Source: an uncultured Pseudomonadales bacterium
GTDB lineage: Bacteria > Patescibacteriota > Microgenomatia > UBA1400 > PJMF01
DNA: 64,000 nt
Assembly (NCBI GenBank): GCA_964511345.1
Contig: CAZEEV010000004.1
Coordinates: forward strand, 19,802-83,801
Direction: 5' to 3'
This document shows positions 50,398-59,615 of the stretch, piece by piece. The translations under genes were made by a program, and so were the position numbers. Under the pieces are notes generated by a model that searched no databases, was not told the origin of the DNA, and was given only the letters and a program-made list of their open reading frames with translations. The first letter of the stretch is position 1, and each line of letters starts with the position of its first letter.

Positions 50398-51269
50398 AAA
50401 TAAGAAAAGCACTTATCACTTGTGCTGGCTTTGGGACTCGTTTTTTGCCTATTAGCAAAACCATTCAGAAGGAAATGCTACCTGTTTTAGATAGACCGAT
50501 CATTGATTATGTGGTGGAAGATTGTGTGAGAGCGGGTATTGAAGAAATAATTTTTGTAGTGAGCGAGTACAACCGCCAATTAGCGCACTTTTATAGTGAA
50601 AATCAGCGCATTCACAACTATTTAGTAGCAAATCAAAAACTAGATTTATATGAAAAAATTGCCAATTTACATACCAGGGCCAATTATCATTTCGTAAGAC
50701 AAAAAGATAGTGATCCTTATGGTACGGCTGTGCCAGTTATTTTAGCTAAAGATTATCTTAAAGATGAAGAAGCCTTTTTAGTTTTAATGGGTGATGATTT
50801 TATTTATCAACCTGGAGAAAGAAGCGAAATATCAATGATGGTTGAAGCCTTTGAAAAATCTCAAGCTAAAGGTTTAATTACCTGTATTGAAAGACCGACT
50901 GAGCTATTGCACAAATATGGAGTAATCAAAAGCAAAGTAGACGGTAACTTTAAATTTATGGAAGAAATTATAGAAAAACCAGCATTGGGTGAGGCACCGT
51001 CTAATTTAGCAAATATTAGTAAATATATCGTTGGTCCAGAAATTTGGCCGATTCTGGAGGGACAAAAAGCAGATCCTAAGTCTGGAGAATTTTATATAAC
51101 TGATACCATTCAAACTTTAGCCAAATCAGAAAAAGTGCTAGTTTATACCCCTCAAGGTGAATACTTTGATGGTGGCTATTTACTTGGTTGGTTGCTCGCT
51201 AATTTAAGAATTGCCAAAGATCAGCCAGAACTTTGGTCAGAGATAAAAAACTTTGTAAATCAAGCTTGA
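50394..51269 (+). CDS. galU: UTP--glucose-1-phosphate uridylyltransferase
   Basis: AGFGTRFLPISKTIQKEMLP, GDD, EKP, EFYITD. Confidence 0.9.
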   Translation: MKIRKALITCAGFGTRFLPISKTIQKEMLPVLDRPIIDYVVEDCVRAGIEEIIFVVSEYNRQLAHFYSENQRIHNYLVANQKLDLYEKIANLHTRANYHFVRQKDSDPYGTAVPVILAKDYLKDEEAFLVLMGDDFIYQPGERSEISMMVEAFEKSQAKGLITCIERPTELLHKYGVIKSKVDGNFKFMEEIIEKPALGEAPSNLANISKYIVGPEIWPILEGQKADPKSGEFYITDTIQTLAKSEKVLVYTPQGEYFDGGYLLGWLLANLRIAKDQPELWSEIKNFVNQA

Positions 51270-51332
51270 TTTAAATAAACATATAGATTACTATCTATAT
51301 GTAATTAACATTAATCAGTAAAGGATTTACTT

Positions 51333-51962
51333 ATGCATCAGTTAGCCAATTTACCCTATGCTTATGAAGCTTTAGAGCCATATTTTGATCAAGCAACTAT
51401 GAAGCTTCATCATGACAAACATCATCAAGCTTATTTAGACAAATTCAATGCGGCTTTAGCTGATTATCCACAGTTAGCAGCTATGCCAGCAGAAGATTTG
51501 CTTTGGCAGTTTGCAGATTTAGCTAAACAAAATGTACCAGCAGATATTCAAACTGCACTTAAAAATCATGGCGGCGGCTACGTACACCACAATATTTTGT
51601 GGGAAACTTTGTCGCCCAGCGGACCGAGAGAGGCAGTTGGCGAACTAGCCGCCGCCATCTCTTCACAATTTACTTCTTTTGCTGCATTTAGACAGCAATT
51701 CACAGATTTAGCTTCAAAGCATTTTGGAGCTGGTTGGGCGTGGTTGGTTTTAGACGAAAATAAACAATTAGCCATGTATTCATTACCCAATCAAGACTCA
51801 CCGCTACTTAAGCAACATTACCCGCTGATGGGGATTGATGTTTGGGAACATGCTTATTATTTGAAATACCAAAACCGTCGTCCAGAATATTTGAAAGCAG
51901 TTTGGCAAGTTCTCGATTGGCAAAAAATTGCAGAGCGCTATCAGCTGGCTTTGAATAAATAA
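51333..51962 (+). CDS. sodA: Superoxide dismutase, Mn/Fe family, Mn-like signatures
   Basis: HHDKHH, NHGGG, LPNQD, DVWEHAYY. Confidence 0.93.
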   Translation: MHQLANLPYAYEALEPYFDQATMKLHHDKHHQAYLDKFNAALADYPQLAAMPAEDLLWQFADLAKQNVPADIQTALKNHGGGYVHHNILWETLSPSGPREAVGELAAAISSQFTSFAAFRQQFTDLASKHFGAGWAWLVLDENKQLAMYSLPNQDSPLLKQHYPLMGIDVWEHAYYLKYQNRRPEYLKAVWQVLDWQKIAERYQLALNK

Positions 51963-52013
51963 TTTTAAAGAAATCATAGACTTTGCTGATAAATTGTTTT
52001 AGTATGTTTGTTT

Positions 52014-52598
52014 ATGCTCGAAGTTATTCTCGACGTTGAAACCAAGCAGATTTTTGATGATGTTGGTGGTTATTTTCCTGAGAAGTTGGGGATTTCTTTT
52101 GTGGGAGTTTGTGTGCGTAGCGATCGTTCTCAAAAAGGTGAGATGCAATCTTATTTTGAAAAGGATTTGCCCAAATTATTTCCTCTTTTAGAAAGAGCGG
52201 ATGTAGTAGTTGGTTTCAATATTGATGGCTTTGATATGCCGACTTTTATTCCTTATTATCAAGCGGATATTAGTCGCATTCCCACTTTGGACGTCATGGA
52301 TCGTATTAAAAAAAGCACTGGTCATCGCATTGGCCTCGATGCAGTAGCCAAAGAAACTTTAGGATCTGGTAAAAGTGGCGATGGTTTGGATGCGATTAAG
52401 TATTATAAATCCGGTAACTTCGAAGCCTTGGAAAAGTACTGTTTGCGTGACGTTGAAGTCACCAGGGATGTTTATGATTATGGTTTGAAAAATGGCAAAG
52501 TGAAATTTCGCAATAAATGGAATCGTTTAATTGAAGCACCAGTTGATTTTTCTTTTGTTAGCTCCAAAGCCAATGGCACACAAATGAGTCTGATATAA
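52014..52598 (+). CDS. RNase H-like DEDD 3'-5' exonuclease (YprB/RNase_H_2-like)
   Basis: LDVET, VVGFNIDGFD, YCLRDVEVT. Confidence 0.8.
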   Translation: MLEVILDVETKQIFDDVGGYFPEKLGISFVGVCVRSDRSQKGEMQSYFEKDLPKLFPLLERADVVVGFNIDGFDMPTFIPYYQADISRIPTLDVMDRIKKSTGHRIGLDAVAKETLGSGKSGDGLDAIKYYKSGNFEALEKYCLRDVEVTRDVYDYGLKNGKVKFRNKWNRLIEAPVDFSFVSSKANGTQMSLI

Positions 52599-52607
52599 TC
52601 CATTGGA

Positions 52608-53156
52608 ATGATTCCTAAAATTTGTTTAACAGCCTCAGCCCATTTGATTTATCAAGAAAAGATTCTTTTGATTAAGCATAAAAAGCTAAATAAATGGCTT
52701 AGTCCTGGTGGACATATCGACGAAAACGAACTTCCTCATTTTGCAGCAGAAAGAGAATTTTTAGAAGAAACTGGACTTAAAGTTAAAGTTTACAGCGCTT
52801 ATGAAAAGTTATCTGATTTTTCAAATGATCAGGATTCATTTCATCCATTGCCTTTTGCCATCAATGAACATTGGATTTGTAAAGAAAATTATGAAAGACG
52901 TTTATCTGCTCAAAAAAATGAAAAAAACTTTACTCCTCATAATTTGTGGCCAAAAGGTTGTGAAAAACACTTAAATTTTTGTTATCTAGTCAAGCTAGTT
53001 GGTCCTTTAGAAATTCAGCCACAAGAGGGTGAATCTAGGGAAATTTCTTGGTTTTCTTTAGTTGATTTAAAAGAAAAATATAAAAAAGAAATGTTGCAAG
53101 ACGTTTTTAAAGAATCAATTAAGGCTTTTGAACTTGCCAAGCTAAACCATTCTTGA
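52608..53156 (+). CDS. NUDIX hydrolase
   Basis: PGGHIDENELPHFAAEREFLEETGL Nudix box. Confidence 0.9.
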   Translation: MIPKICLTASAHLIYQEKILLIKHKKLNKWLSPGGHIDENELPHFAAEREFLEETGLKVKVYSAYEKLSDFSNDQDSFHPLPFAINEHWICKENYERRLSAQKNEKNFTPHNLWPKGCEKHLNFCYLVKLVGPLEIQPQEGESREISWFSLVDLKEKYKKEMLQDVFKESIKAFELAKLNHS

Positions 53157-53168
53157 GAGAATAAAATT

Positions 53169-53678
53169 ATGTTTATCAAAAATCAATTAACCGAAAATGT
53201 GAAACTTTTACAAAAAGCAGCCATTTTGCGCGAAGGAGAATTTGGTGCAGAAGTTTTGCTTTTAAAACGTAGCGCAAATTCTTTTTCTAGACCTTCTTGT
53301 TGGGATTTACCTGGAGGAAATAGTGAATGGCCAGATCAAAATCAAGCATCTTCCGCTAATCTTCATTTAGGAGACATTAAAAGAGAGATTTTTGAAGAAA
53401 CTTCCTTAGTAATAGATACAAATACTTTAAATTTAAATAAATTGGCGCATTTCTCTACATATTTTGATCAAGAGAAACAAATCTTTTCCATTATTTGTGG
53501 TTGGTTAATTAATTATGATGCAACCAATCAAAATGAGATTAAAATTTCTGATGAGCATCAGGAACAAGCTTGGGTTAAAGAAGCTGATCTAGTTAATTAT
53601 GATTTCGGTGGTGTTAAAGGTACTTTTGTTTTAGACATCATTAAGCAAGCTTTCATAAAATTTAAAAATTATTCATGA
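53169..53678 (+). CDS. NUDIX hydrolase with an insertion in the Nudix box
   Basis: WDLPGG..REIFEETSL; ISDEH..AWV. Confidence 0.85.
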   Translation: MFIKNQLTENVKLLQKAAILREGEFGAEVLLLKRSANSFSRPSCWDLPGGNSEWPDQNQASSANLHLGDIKREIFEETSLVIDTNTLNLNKLAHFSTYFDQEKQIFSIICGWLINYDATNQNEIKISDEHQEQAWVKEADLVNYDFGGVKGTFVLDIIKQAFIKFKNYS

Positions 53679-54265
53679 AATTTTTAGTTGCTTCCAAAAA
53701 TCCTGTCAAAATTAATGCCGTCGCCCATGCTATTAAGGATTTTTTTCCAAACTCCGCAGTTAAAGGTTTAGAAGTAAACAGCGGTGTATCTGCTCAACCA
53801 ATGAGCGATGAGGAAACTAAACAAGGCGCTTTTAATCGTGCAGAAGCAATTCGTTCTTTTGCTTTGAAACAAAAATTAATTAATGCTAATGAGGACGTTT
53901 TATGTATAGGTTTAGAGGGGGGAGTTTTTCAACCTTCTTTTGCGCAGAATGATCAAGAGCTTTGGTCAACTGTTTGGGCAGTTGCCATCGATAAAAACAA
54001 TCAAAGCTATTTTAGTAATGGAGCACGTTTTCCCTTGCCAGAGTTTCTAACTAAGTTGTTATTATCTGGTGAAGAAATGGGTCCTGTTTTGGGTAAACAT
54101 TTAAATGATCCTGATTTACGTAAAAAAGCAGGTATGATCGGTTTTTTAACTAATAATTTTACCAATCGTACTGATGAATATGAAAACATTGCCAAGGTCG
54201 CCATCGGTCTCTGGTATAAAGTTTATAAAGAAAATATTGGTCCAGACTGTGACTTGACAAAGTAA
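53675..54265 (+). CDS. yjjX: Inosine/xanthosine triphosphatase (YjjX/DUF84)
   Basis: ASKNPVKINAV, SGVSAQPMSDEET..GAFNRA, GLEGG, GMIGFLT. Confidence 0.88.
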   Translation: MKFLVASKNPVKINAVAHAIKDFFPNSAVKGLEVNSGVSAQPMSDEETKQGAFNRAEAIRSFALKQKLINANEDVLCIGLEGGVFQPSFAQNDQELWSTVWAVAIDKNNQSYFSNGARFPLPEFLTKLLLSGEEMGPVLGKHLNDPDLRKKAGMIGFLTNNFTNRTDEYENIAKVAIGLWYKVYKENIGPDCDLTK

Positions 54266-54313
54266 AACTTTCTCGGCAAAATGGGATCATAGTATTACTT
54301 ATTGCAAGGAAAT

Positions 54314-54823
54314 ATGTCAAAAAAACTGCAAAGTCTTCTCCCTTATCTTTTTCCACTTATTGCCGTCATTTTGGTAGTAGTGATGTTCGCTCGCTGGTAT
54401 AAAGGTAAAACCGCTGATGCTCCAGTTAGTTTACTAGATTCACAATTAGAGGTAGAAAGCCTACCAGCTCAAATGCAAGATAGCATTATCAAAGGAGCTA
54501 CTGATTATAAAATGCTAAATATGGTTGGTGTCGATCAAGCTGTTGGAGAATTGCGTTACCAAATTAAAGATGACAAATTAAGTTTTACTGTGACTGCTAA
54601 TTTACCAAATGCCAAAGAAGATTATGCTGTTTGGTTATCAAATATGGATGGAGCAGCTAAAAAGAGAGTTTTTAACCTGAAATATTCTAAGGCTGGTTAT
54701 GTAGGCAGTGCTATGGTTTCTGATGATATTTTGCCAGTAAAAGTTTTGGTGAGTAAGGCCTCTGATTTAATGTTGGAAGACATTTTGTTGCAGGCAGAAA
54801 TTCTTGTGCCAGAGACAAATTAA
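54314..54823 (+). CDS. Membrane-anchored hypothetical protein (RskA C-terminal-like beta domain)
   Basis: N-terminal TM; ANLP..YAVWL motif. Confidence 0.5.
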   Translation: MSKKLQSLLPYLFPLIAVILVVVMFARWYKGKTADAPVSLLDSQLEVESLPAQMQDSIIKGATDYKMLNMVGVDQAVGELRYQIKDDKLSFTVTANLPNAKEDYAVWLSNMDGAAKKRVFNLKYSKAGYVGSAMVSDDILPVKVLVSKASDLMLEDILLQAEILVPETN

Positions 54824-54981
54824 AGTAAGTTTTTGACTTGTTTTGATGTACATTGATATATAAAACTTGAAATTGCTTCTTGATTAGCTAGTCAAGTGTG
54901 CTAATCTAAAAGCAGACTTAAATAATAAGTCTATTAATAAAAATTATTCTCTATGATTCATAGAGAAAGAAGGGTTACCAT

Positions 54982-55185
54982 ATGGCTAGTGCCTATAGTT
55001 ACACAAACTCCAAAGGTCAGACCTATTACCTTCACACCAGAGACGTCACCTTGAAGAATGGTAGAGTTCAAACCATCTACTTCTTCGCTCGCGATGTCCG
55101 TGATGGTTCTTTAAGTGCTGTACCAGCTGCTTACCAAGTAGTTGAAACCAGCAGAACTGGCATGCCAGTTTTGAAGAAGAAGTAA
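54982..55185 (+). CDS. Small basic hypothetical protein, monocistronic
   Basis: YTNSKGQTYYLH..TIYFFAR..TGMPVLKKK; many C-ending codons; own terminator. Confidence 0.8.
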   Translation: MASAYSYTNSKGQTYYLHTRDVTLKNGRVQTIYFFARDVRDGSLSAVPAAYQVVETSRTGMPVLKKK

Positions 55186-55211
55186 TCTCTTTTACTTTTT
55201 TGTGAAAAAAT

Positions 55212-55237
55212 AGCCCCGCTTAAACGCGGGGCTTTTT
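55212..55237 (+). terminator. Intrinsic terminator
   Basis: AGCCCCGC-TTAAAC-GCGGGGCT-TTTT. Confidence 0.88.
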
Positions 55238-55263
55238 ATTGCCTATAATGTTATATTAAAGCT

Positions 55264-55725
55264 ATGAAAATTTATTTAGGCAGTGATCATGGAGGTTTTG
55301 AACTCAAAGAAAAATTTAAGGAATATATTGGTCGCAATGATCAAACTTTAGAGATAGAAGATTGCGGTGCTTTTATCAATGATCCTGCAGATGATTATCC
55401 ACCAATTGCTTTTCGTGTTGCAGAAAAAGTTGTAGCTGATTTAGCTACTGATAGCTTGGGAGTTTTACTGTGTCGTTCTGGTTCCGGCGTAGTGATTGCA
55501 GCTAATAAGGTTAAAGGTGTCAGAGCGGTGGAACTTTATAATGAAAAAATTGCTGCTCATGCTAAGAGCCATAATCATGCTAATATGATTGCTTTTAGTG
55601 GCGATCAATTATCTCTTACAGAAATGATCAATTTGTTTGAGATTTTTATCAAAACCCCTCAAGATTCAAATGATAGACATGAACGTAGAATTAGGCAAAT
55701 TATAAATTACGAAAATCAAAAATAA
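55264..55725 (+). CDS. rpiB: Ribose-5-phosphate isomerase B
   Basis: GSDHGG, DYP, CRSGSG, ANKVKGVRA, HNHAN, RHERR. Confidence 0.94.
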   Translation: MKIYLGSDHGGFELKEKFKEYIGRNDQTLEIEDCGAFINDPADDYPPIAFRVAEKVVADLATDSLGVLLCRSGSGVVIAANKVKGVRAVELYNEKIAAHAKSHNHANMIAFSGDQLSLTEMINLFEIFIKTPQDSNDRHERRIRQIINYENQK

Positions 55726-55740
55726 TCTAAAAAAGGAACA

Positions 55741-56409
55741 ATGAACTTAGACGTTAGCGCCAATGTTTTGACTGGCAATTTAGAACTAGCCAAAAAACAA
55801 ATTGAATTGGCTAAGAGCACAAATTTATTAGAGGCGATTCAAATCGATATTGTTGATGGAGTTTTTGCAGATAATCATACTTTTACTCCTCAAGATTTGG
55901 TGGATATAGATTTTGGCGATTTGCAAATTGATTTTCATTTAATGACCGAGGAACCAATGGATTATGTATGGGAGCTTGAGGAATACTGTCGTCATTTGCC
56001 AATTAGGGCAGTTTTCGGACAGATTGAAAAAATGACTTACCAAGAAGCTTTTTTGGAAGAAGTGAAAAAACAAGAATGGCGAGCTGGCTTGGCTTTGAAT
56101 TTGTTTACCCCCATTGAATCAATTGATGAAAATAGTTGGGAATGGATGGATGTAGTACTACTTTTAGGAGTTGAAGCTGGTGCTTCTGGTCAACAACAGA
56201 GTCCATTTTTATTTGACAAAATTCATGCTGTTAGAGAAAAAATTCTCAAAGGTGAGCCAATGAAAATTTTTATTGATGGTGGAGTTAATCAGCAAAATAT
56301 TGAACAATTACAAAGAAGTGGAGTCGATGGCGTGACAGTTAATTCTGCCTTTAACAACGCCGTAAATTACAAACAAGCTGTGGAGGAATTCTTGTCTTAT
56401 GTCAAATAA
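55741..56409 (+). CDS. rpe: Ribulose-phosphate 3-epimerase
   Basis: QIDIVDGVF, DFHLM, VEAGASGQ, IDGGVN. Confidence 0.88.
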   Translation: MNLDVSANVLTGNLELAKKQIELAKSTNLLEAIQIDIVDGVFADNHTFTPQDLVDIDFGDLQIDFHLMTEEPMDYVWELEEYCRHLPIRAVFGQIEKMTYQEAFLEEVKKQEWRAGLALNLFTPIESIDENSWEWMDVVLLLGVEAGASGQQQSPFLFDKIHAVREKILKGEPMKIFIDGGVNQQNIEQLQRSGVDGVTVNSAFNNAVNYKQAVEEFLSYVK

Positions 56410-57019
56410 AAAAGTTTCTATTCCTAAAGCTAACCATTTTTATAGAATCAATAAAATTGCTTTTTATGGTAGTGCTGATTTAAGTGAGACTGACCCAATT
56501 TATGAAGCTGCCTATGAGGCTGCTAAATATGTAGCCAAAAAAGGCAAAACAGTCATTAATGGTGGCGGTCCGGGAGTCATGGAGGCTGCGACCAAAGGTG
56601 CCAAAGCTGGTAAAGGCAAAACTCTAGTAGTGACTTTTTATCCAGAAAACTTGCCAGAATTTGAAGGTCGAGCTGAACAAAATGTCGCAGATAAAGAGAT
56701 TAAAACAGCTAATTATATCGAAAGAATGTTTAGTTTAATGGACAATGCAGATTTGTTTGTTTGTTTCAAAGGCGGAACTGGAACTCTCAGTGAATGGGCG
56801 ACTGCTTGGTTATTGGCTCATCTTTATTATGGCAACCACAAGCCATTAATTTTGTATGGTGATTTTTGGCATGAATTTATGGATGTGGTGCACAAACATT
56901 TTTTAATTGGTTATAAAGAAGCTCAGGTTTATCGCATCGTAAATAGTTTAGAAGAATTTAAAATAGCTTTGCGTATTTTTGAAGAGGAAATGTCAGCTCG
57001 TCGCTTGAAATTGACTTAA
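56399..57019 (+). CDS. LOG-family nucleotide phosphoribohydrolase
   Basis: FYGSA, NGGGPGVMEA, ER, KGGTGTLSE. Confidence 0.88.
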   Translation: MSNKKVSIPKANHFYRINKIAFYGSADLSETDPIYEAAYEAAKYVAKKGKTVINGGGPGVMEAATKGAKAGKGKTLVVTFYPENLPEFEGRAEQNVADKEIKTANYIERMFSLMDNADLFVCFKGGTGTLSEWATAWLLAHLYYGNHKPLILYGDFWHEFMDVVHKHFLIGYKEAQVYRIVNSLEEFKIALRIFEEEMSARRLKLT

Positions 57020-57036
57020 CTTTTAAGTTAAGATGA

Positions 57037-57993
57037 ATGAAAGAAAGTCTGCCCATTATGTTTGATATTATTTCTATCGGCTCTTCACTTTTGGATATTT
57101 TTATCAGATCCGATGATTTGGAAGCTGATCGTGATGGTGATCGTCAAATTTTGACTTATGGCGATAAATTAGAGTTATCTGATTTTCAAATTGTCACTGG
57201 TGGTGGTGCTAGTAACACTGCCGTAGCCTTTGCTCGCTTGGGTTTACATGCGGCTGTTATTTCAGAAACTGGTCGCGATGCTTTTGCTAGTTTGATCACA
57301 GATGATTTTCAAAAAGAAGGTGTTGCCACTAATTTATTGATTCAAGAAAAATTGGAAAAAACTGGAGGTTCTGTGGCCTTGGTGGCTAAAAATGCCGAGC
57401 GAGTTATCATGGTACATCGCGGGGCTGCTTCCATGTTGGATCCATTTGATATTCCGGCTTTTTGGTTAGTGAAAAGTAAATGGATACACCTATCTAGTAT
57501 TGGTGGTAATGTGGAAACTTTGGCTAAAATTTTTAAAATTTTAAACAACAATCAAACCACCAAAATGTCTTGGAATCCTGGCAAAAAAGAGCTGCAGTTG
57601 TTACTCGAAGAAAATTTTGAAATAGCTAAAATTCCTTGTGAAATCTTTTTCGTTAATCAGGAAGAATGGGCAATGATTGAACCTTTGCATGAAGAAATTC
57701 TTCTTAACTTTCCTCAAGTAGTAATTACTAAGGGCAAAGCAGGCGGAGAAGTGCATACTTTTGGTAAAAAAACTTTTGAATTTGTGGGTGAAGCTGAATC
57801 GTTTACAGATAGCACTGGAGCTGGTGATGCTTTTGCAGCTGCTTATACAGCGGCTATTCTAGATGGTTGCGATGTTGCGACTGCTATCACCTGGGGTGTT
57901 AAGAATGCAGGTAATGTAGTAGCTTATTTTGGAGCAAAATTAGGTTTGTTGCGTAAAACCCAAATTTTAGAGTTAACAAAGACCAAAAATTAG
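57037..57993 (+). CDS. PfkB-family carbohydrate kinase
   Basis: GGGASNTAVAFARLG, WNPG, DSTGAGDAF. Confidence 0.92.
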   Translation: MKESLPIMFDIISIGSSLLDIFIRSDDLEADRDGDRQILTYGDKLELSDFQIVTGGGASNTAVAFARLGLHAAVISETGRDAFASLITDDFQKEGVATNLLIQEKLEKTGGSVALVAKNAERVIMVHRGAASMLDPFDIPAFWLVKSKWIHLSSIGGNVETLAKIFKILNNNQTTKMSWNPGKKELQLLLEENFEIAKIPCEIFFVNQEEWAMIEPLHEEILLNFPQVVITKGKAGGEVHTFGKKTFEFVGEAESFTDSTGAGDAFAAAYTAAILDGCDVATAITWGVKNAGNVVAYFGAKLGLLRKTQILELTKTKN

Positions 57994-58012
57994 TGTTTAA
58001 TAGATTAGCTAT

Positions 58013-58519
58013 ATGAAAAAACTATTTTTTCTTTTATCTTTTTTGTCGTTTGCCTTTTTATTTGCAGGTACAGCTCGCGCTTTGGAATTAACTAAAATGG
58101 GAACCACAGACCTAACTGGTAAAGGGATAGGTTCAACTGTGTCAGCTTATACTTACAATTTACGTTCTTTTAGTCTTTATGGTTTAGCGACAGCATCTAG
58201 CTCAGTAGCTATTAAGATTGATGACGTGACTTACAACGCTACGGCCAATGCAGCCGGTGAGTGGTCTACCTATTTATCTAATTTAACTTATGACGACCAC
58301 ACTGCCGTGATTAGCGCTCCAAGTCAGACGAGTTTAAATTTTACTTTGACTATTAGCTCTGCTTCGGCTACTACAGCCTCTACTCCAACTGTTACGCCTA
58401 CTTTAGCCACTACTACTAGCACTTTACCTAGTGCTGGCACTACAGAGAATACTTTTGTGATTTTTGCCCTGGCTTTGCTGTCCCTTGGACTGGGCGTGGC
58501 AATTAAATATAGAGATTAA
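58013..58519 (+). CDS. Secreted Ig-like protein with Thr-rich stalk and LPxAG sorting-like signal
   Basis: Signal peptide (ARA/L), ATANAAGEWS, T/S-rich linker, LPSAG + TM + KYR. Confidence 0.7.
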   Translation: MKKLFFLLSFLSFAFLFAGTARALELTKMGTTDLTGKGIGSTVSAYTYNLRSFSLYGLATASSSVAIKIDDVTYNATANAAGEWSTYLSNLTYDDHTAVISAPSQTSLNFTLTISSASATTASTPTVTPTLATTTSTLPSAGTTENTFVIFALALLSLGLGVAIKYRD

Positions 58520-58530
58520 TTTTTATAACT

Positions 58531-59589
58531 ATGTCAGATTTTCGCGAACTTCTCAATCAAGAGATTGCTGCTTTGTCAGCAAAAATTGAGCAGGGGGAAT
58601 TGCCTGATGAAATGCGCTATCAATTAAAAAAAGAGGTAGTCGCCTTAGAACGTAGTGTGGAATTAGGTAATTACGACGAGAAATACGAAAAAGTTTCTCG
58701 TTACATAGACTGGTGTTTACGCATCCCTTTTGGTAAAAAAACAGAAGACACGTTAGATGTAGCTAAAGCTCAAGAAATTTTCGATCGATATCATTACGGG
58801 ATGCAAGAAGTGAAAAATCGTTTTTTGGAATATTTAGCGGTACTTAACTTGCAGAAAAGTAATTTTCAGGATGAACAGTTTTCTGCTCCGATTTTGTTTT
58901 TAGTAGGATTAGTGGGAACGGGTAAGACAACCTTTGCTTATTCTTTAGCCGAAGCTTTGGGTCGTAAATTGGTGCGTATTCCTTTTGGTGGTATGGGTAG
59001 CGCTAAAGAACTAAGAGGTAGCTCGCGTTTATTGCTTGGTTCTGAGCCAGGAAAAGTGCTTAAAGGTGTTTGTGAAGCCGGGGTGATGAATCCGATTATT
59101 TTGCTTGATGAAATTGACCGTGCTACTGATGACGCCAATATGGACATCATGGGTGTTTTAGTTGAGTTGTTAGATCCTGCTCAAAATCATGCTTTTACTG
59201 ATGACTACATTAATTATCCGATTGATTTATCTCAAACAATTTTTCTAGCTACTGCCAATAACACTCGTAAAATCGCTACGGCAGTTATGGATCGTATGGA
59301 AAAGATTGACATGCCTTCTTACACTGATGAAGAAAAAGTTGTTATTGCTAAAAAGTACGTGATGCCTCAAGTTTTGAAAGAAGTAGGCTTAAAGCCAGAA
59401 CAGTTTGTGATTCATGAAGAAATGTGGCCCAAAATGGTTCGTCCATTAGGTTTTGATGCAGGTATTCGTACGCTGCAGCGCACTATTCAAGGTGCGGCTC
59501 GTAAGGCAGCACGCATCATTGTTGAGGGTAAGTACGACAAGGTGGAAATTGGTCCAGACAATTATAAAATTTTCCTGCCATCTTACTAA
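58531..59589 (+). CDS. Lon-family AAA+ ATPase lacking the protease domain
   Basis: YIDWCLRIPF, HYGMQEVKNR, GLVGTGKTT, NPIILLDEID, LDPAQN, DRME; ends after the AAA small domain. Confidence 0.85.
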   Translation: MSDFRELLNQEIAALSAKIEQGELPDEMRYQLKKEVVALERSVELGNYDEKYEKVSRYIDWCLRIPFGKKTEDTLDVAKAQEIFDRYHYGMQEVKNRFLEYLAVLNLQKSNFQDEQFSAPILFLVGLVGTGKTTFAYSLAEALGRKLVRIPFGGMGSAKELRGSSRLLLGSEPGKVLKGVCEAGVMNPIILLDEIDRATDDANMDIMGVLVELLDPAQNHAFTDDYINYPIDLSQTIFLATANNTRKIATAVMDRMEKIDMPSYTDEEKVVIAKKYVMPQVLKEVGLKPEQFVIHEEMWPKMVRPLGFDAGIRTLQRTIQGAARKAARIIVEGKYDKVEIGPDNYKIFLPSY

Positions 59590-59615
59590 GTTTTTTCTTG
59601 GTATAATCTTTTTTA

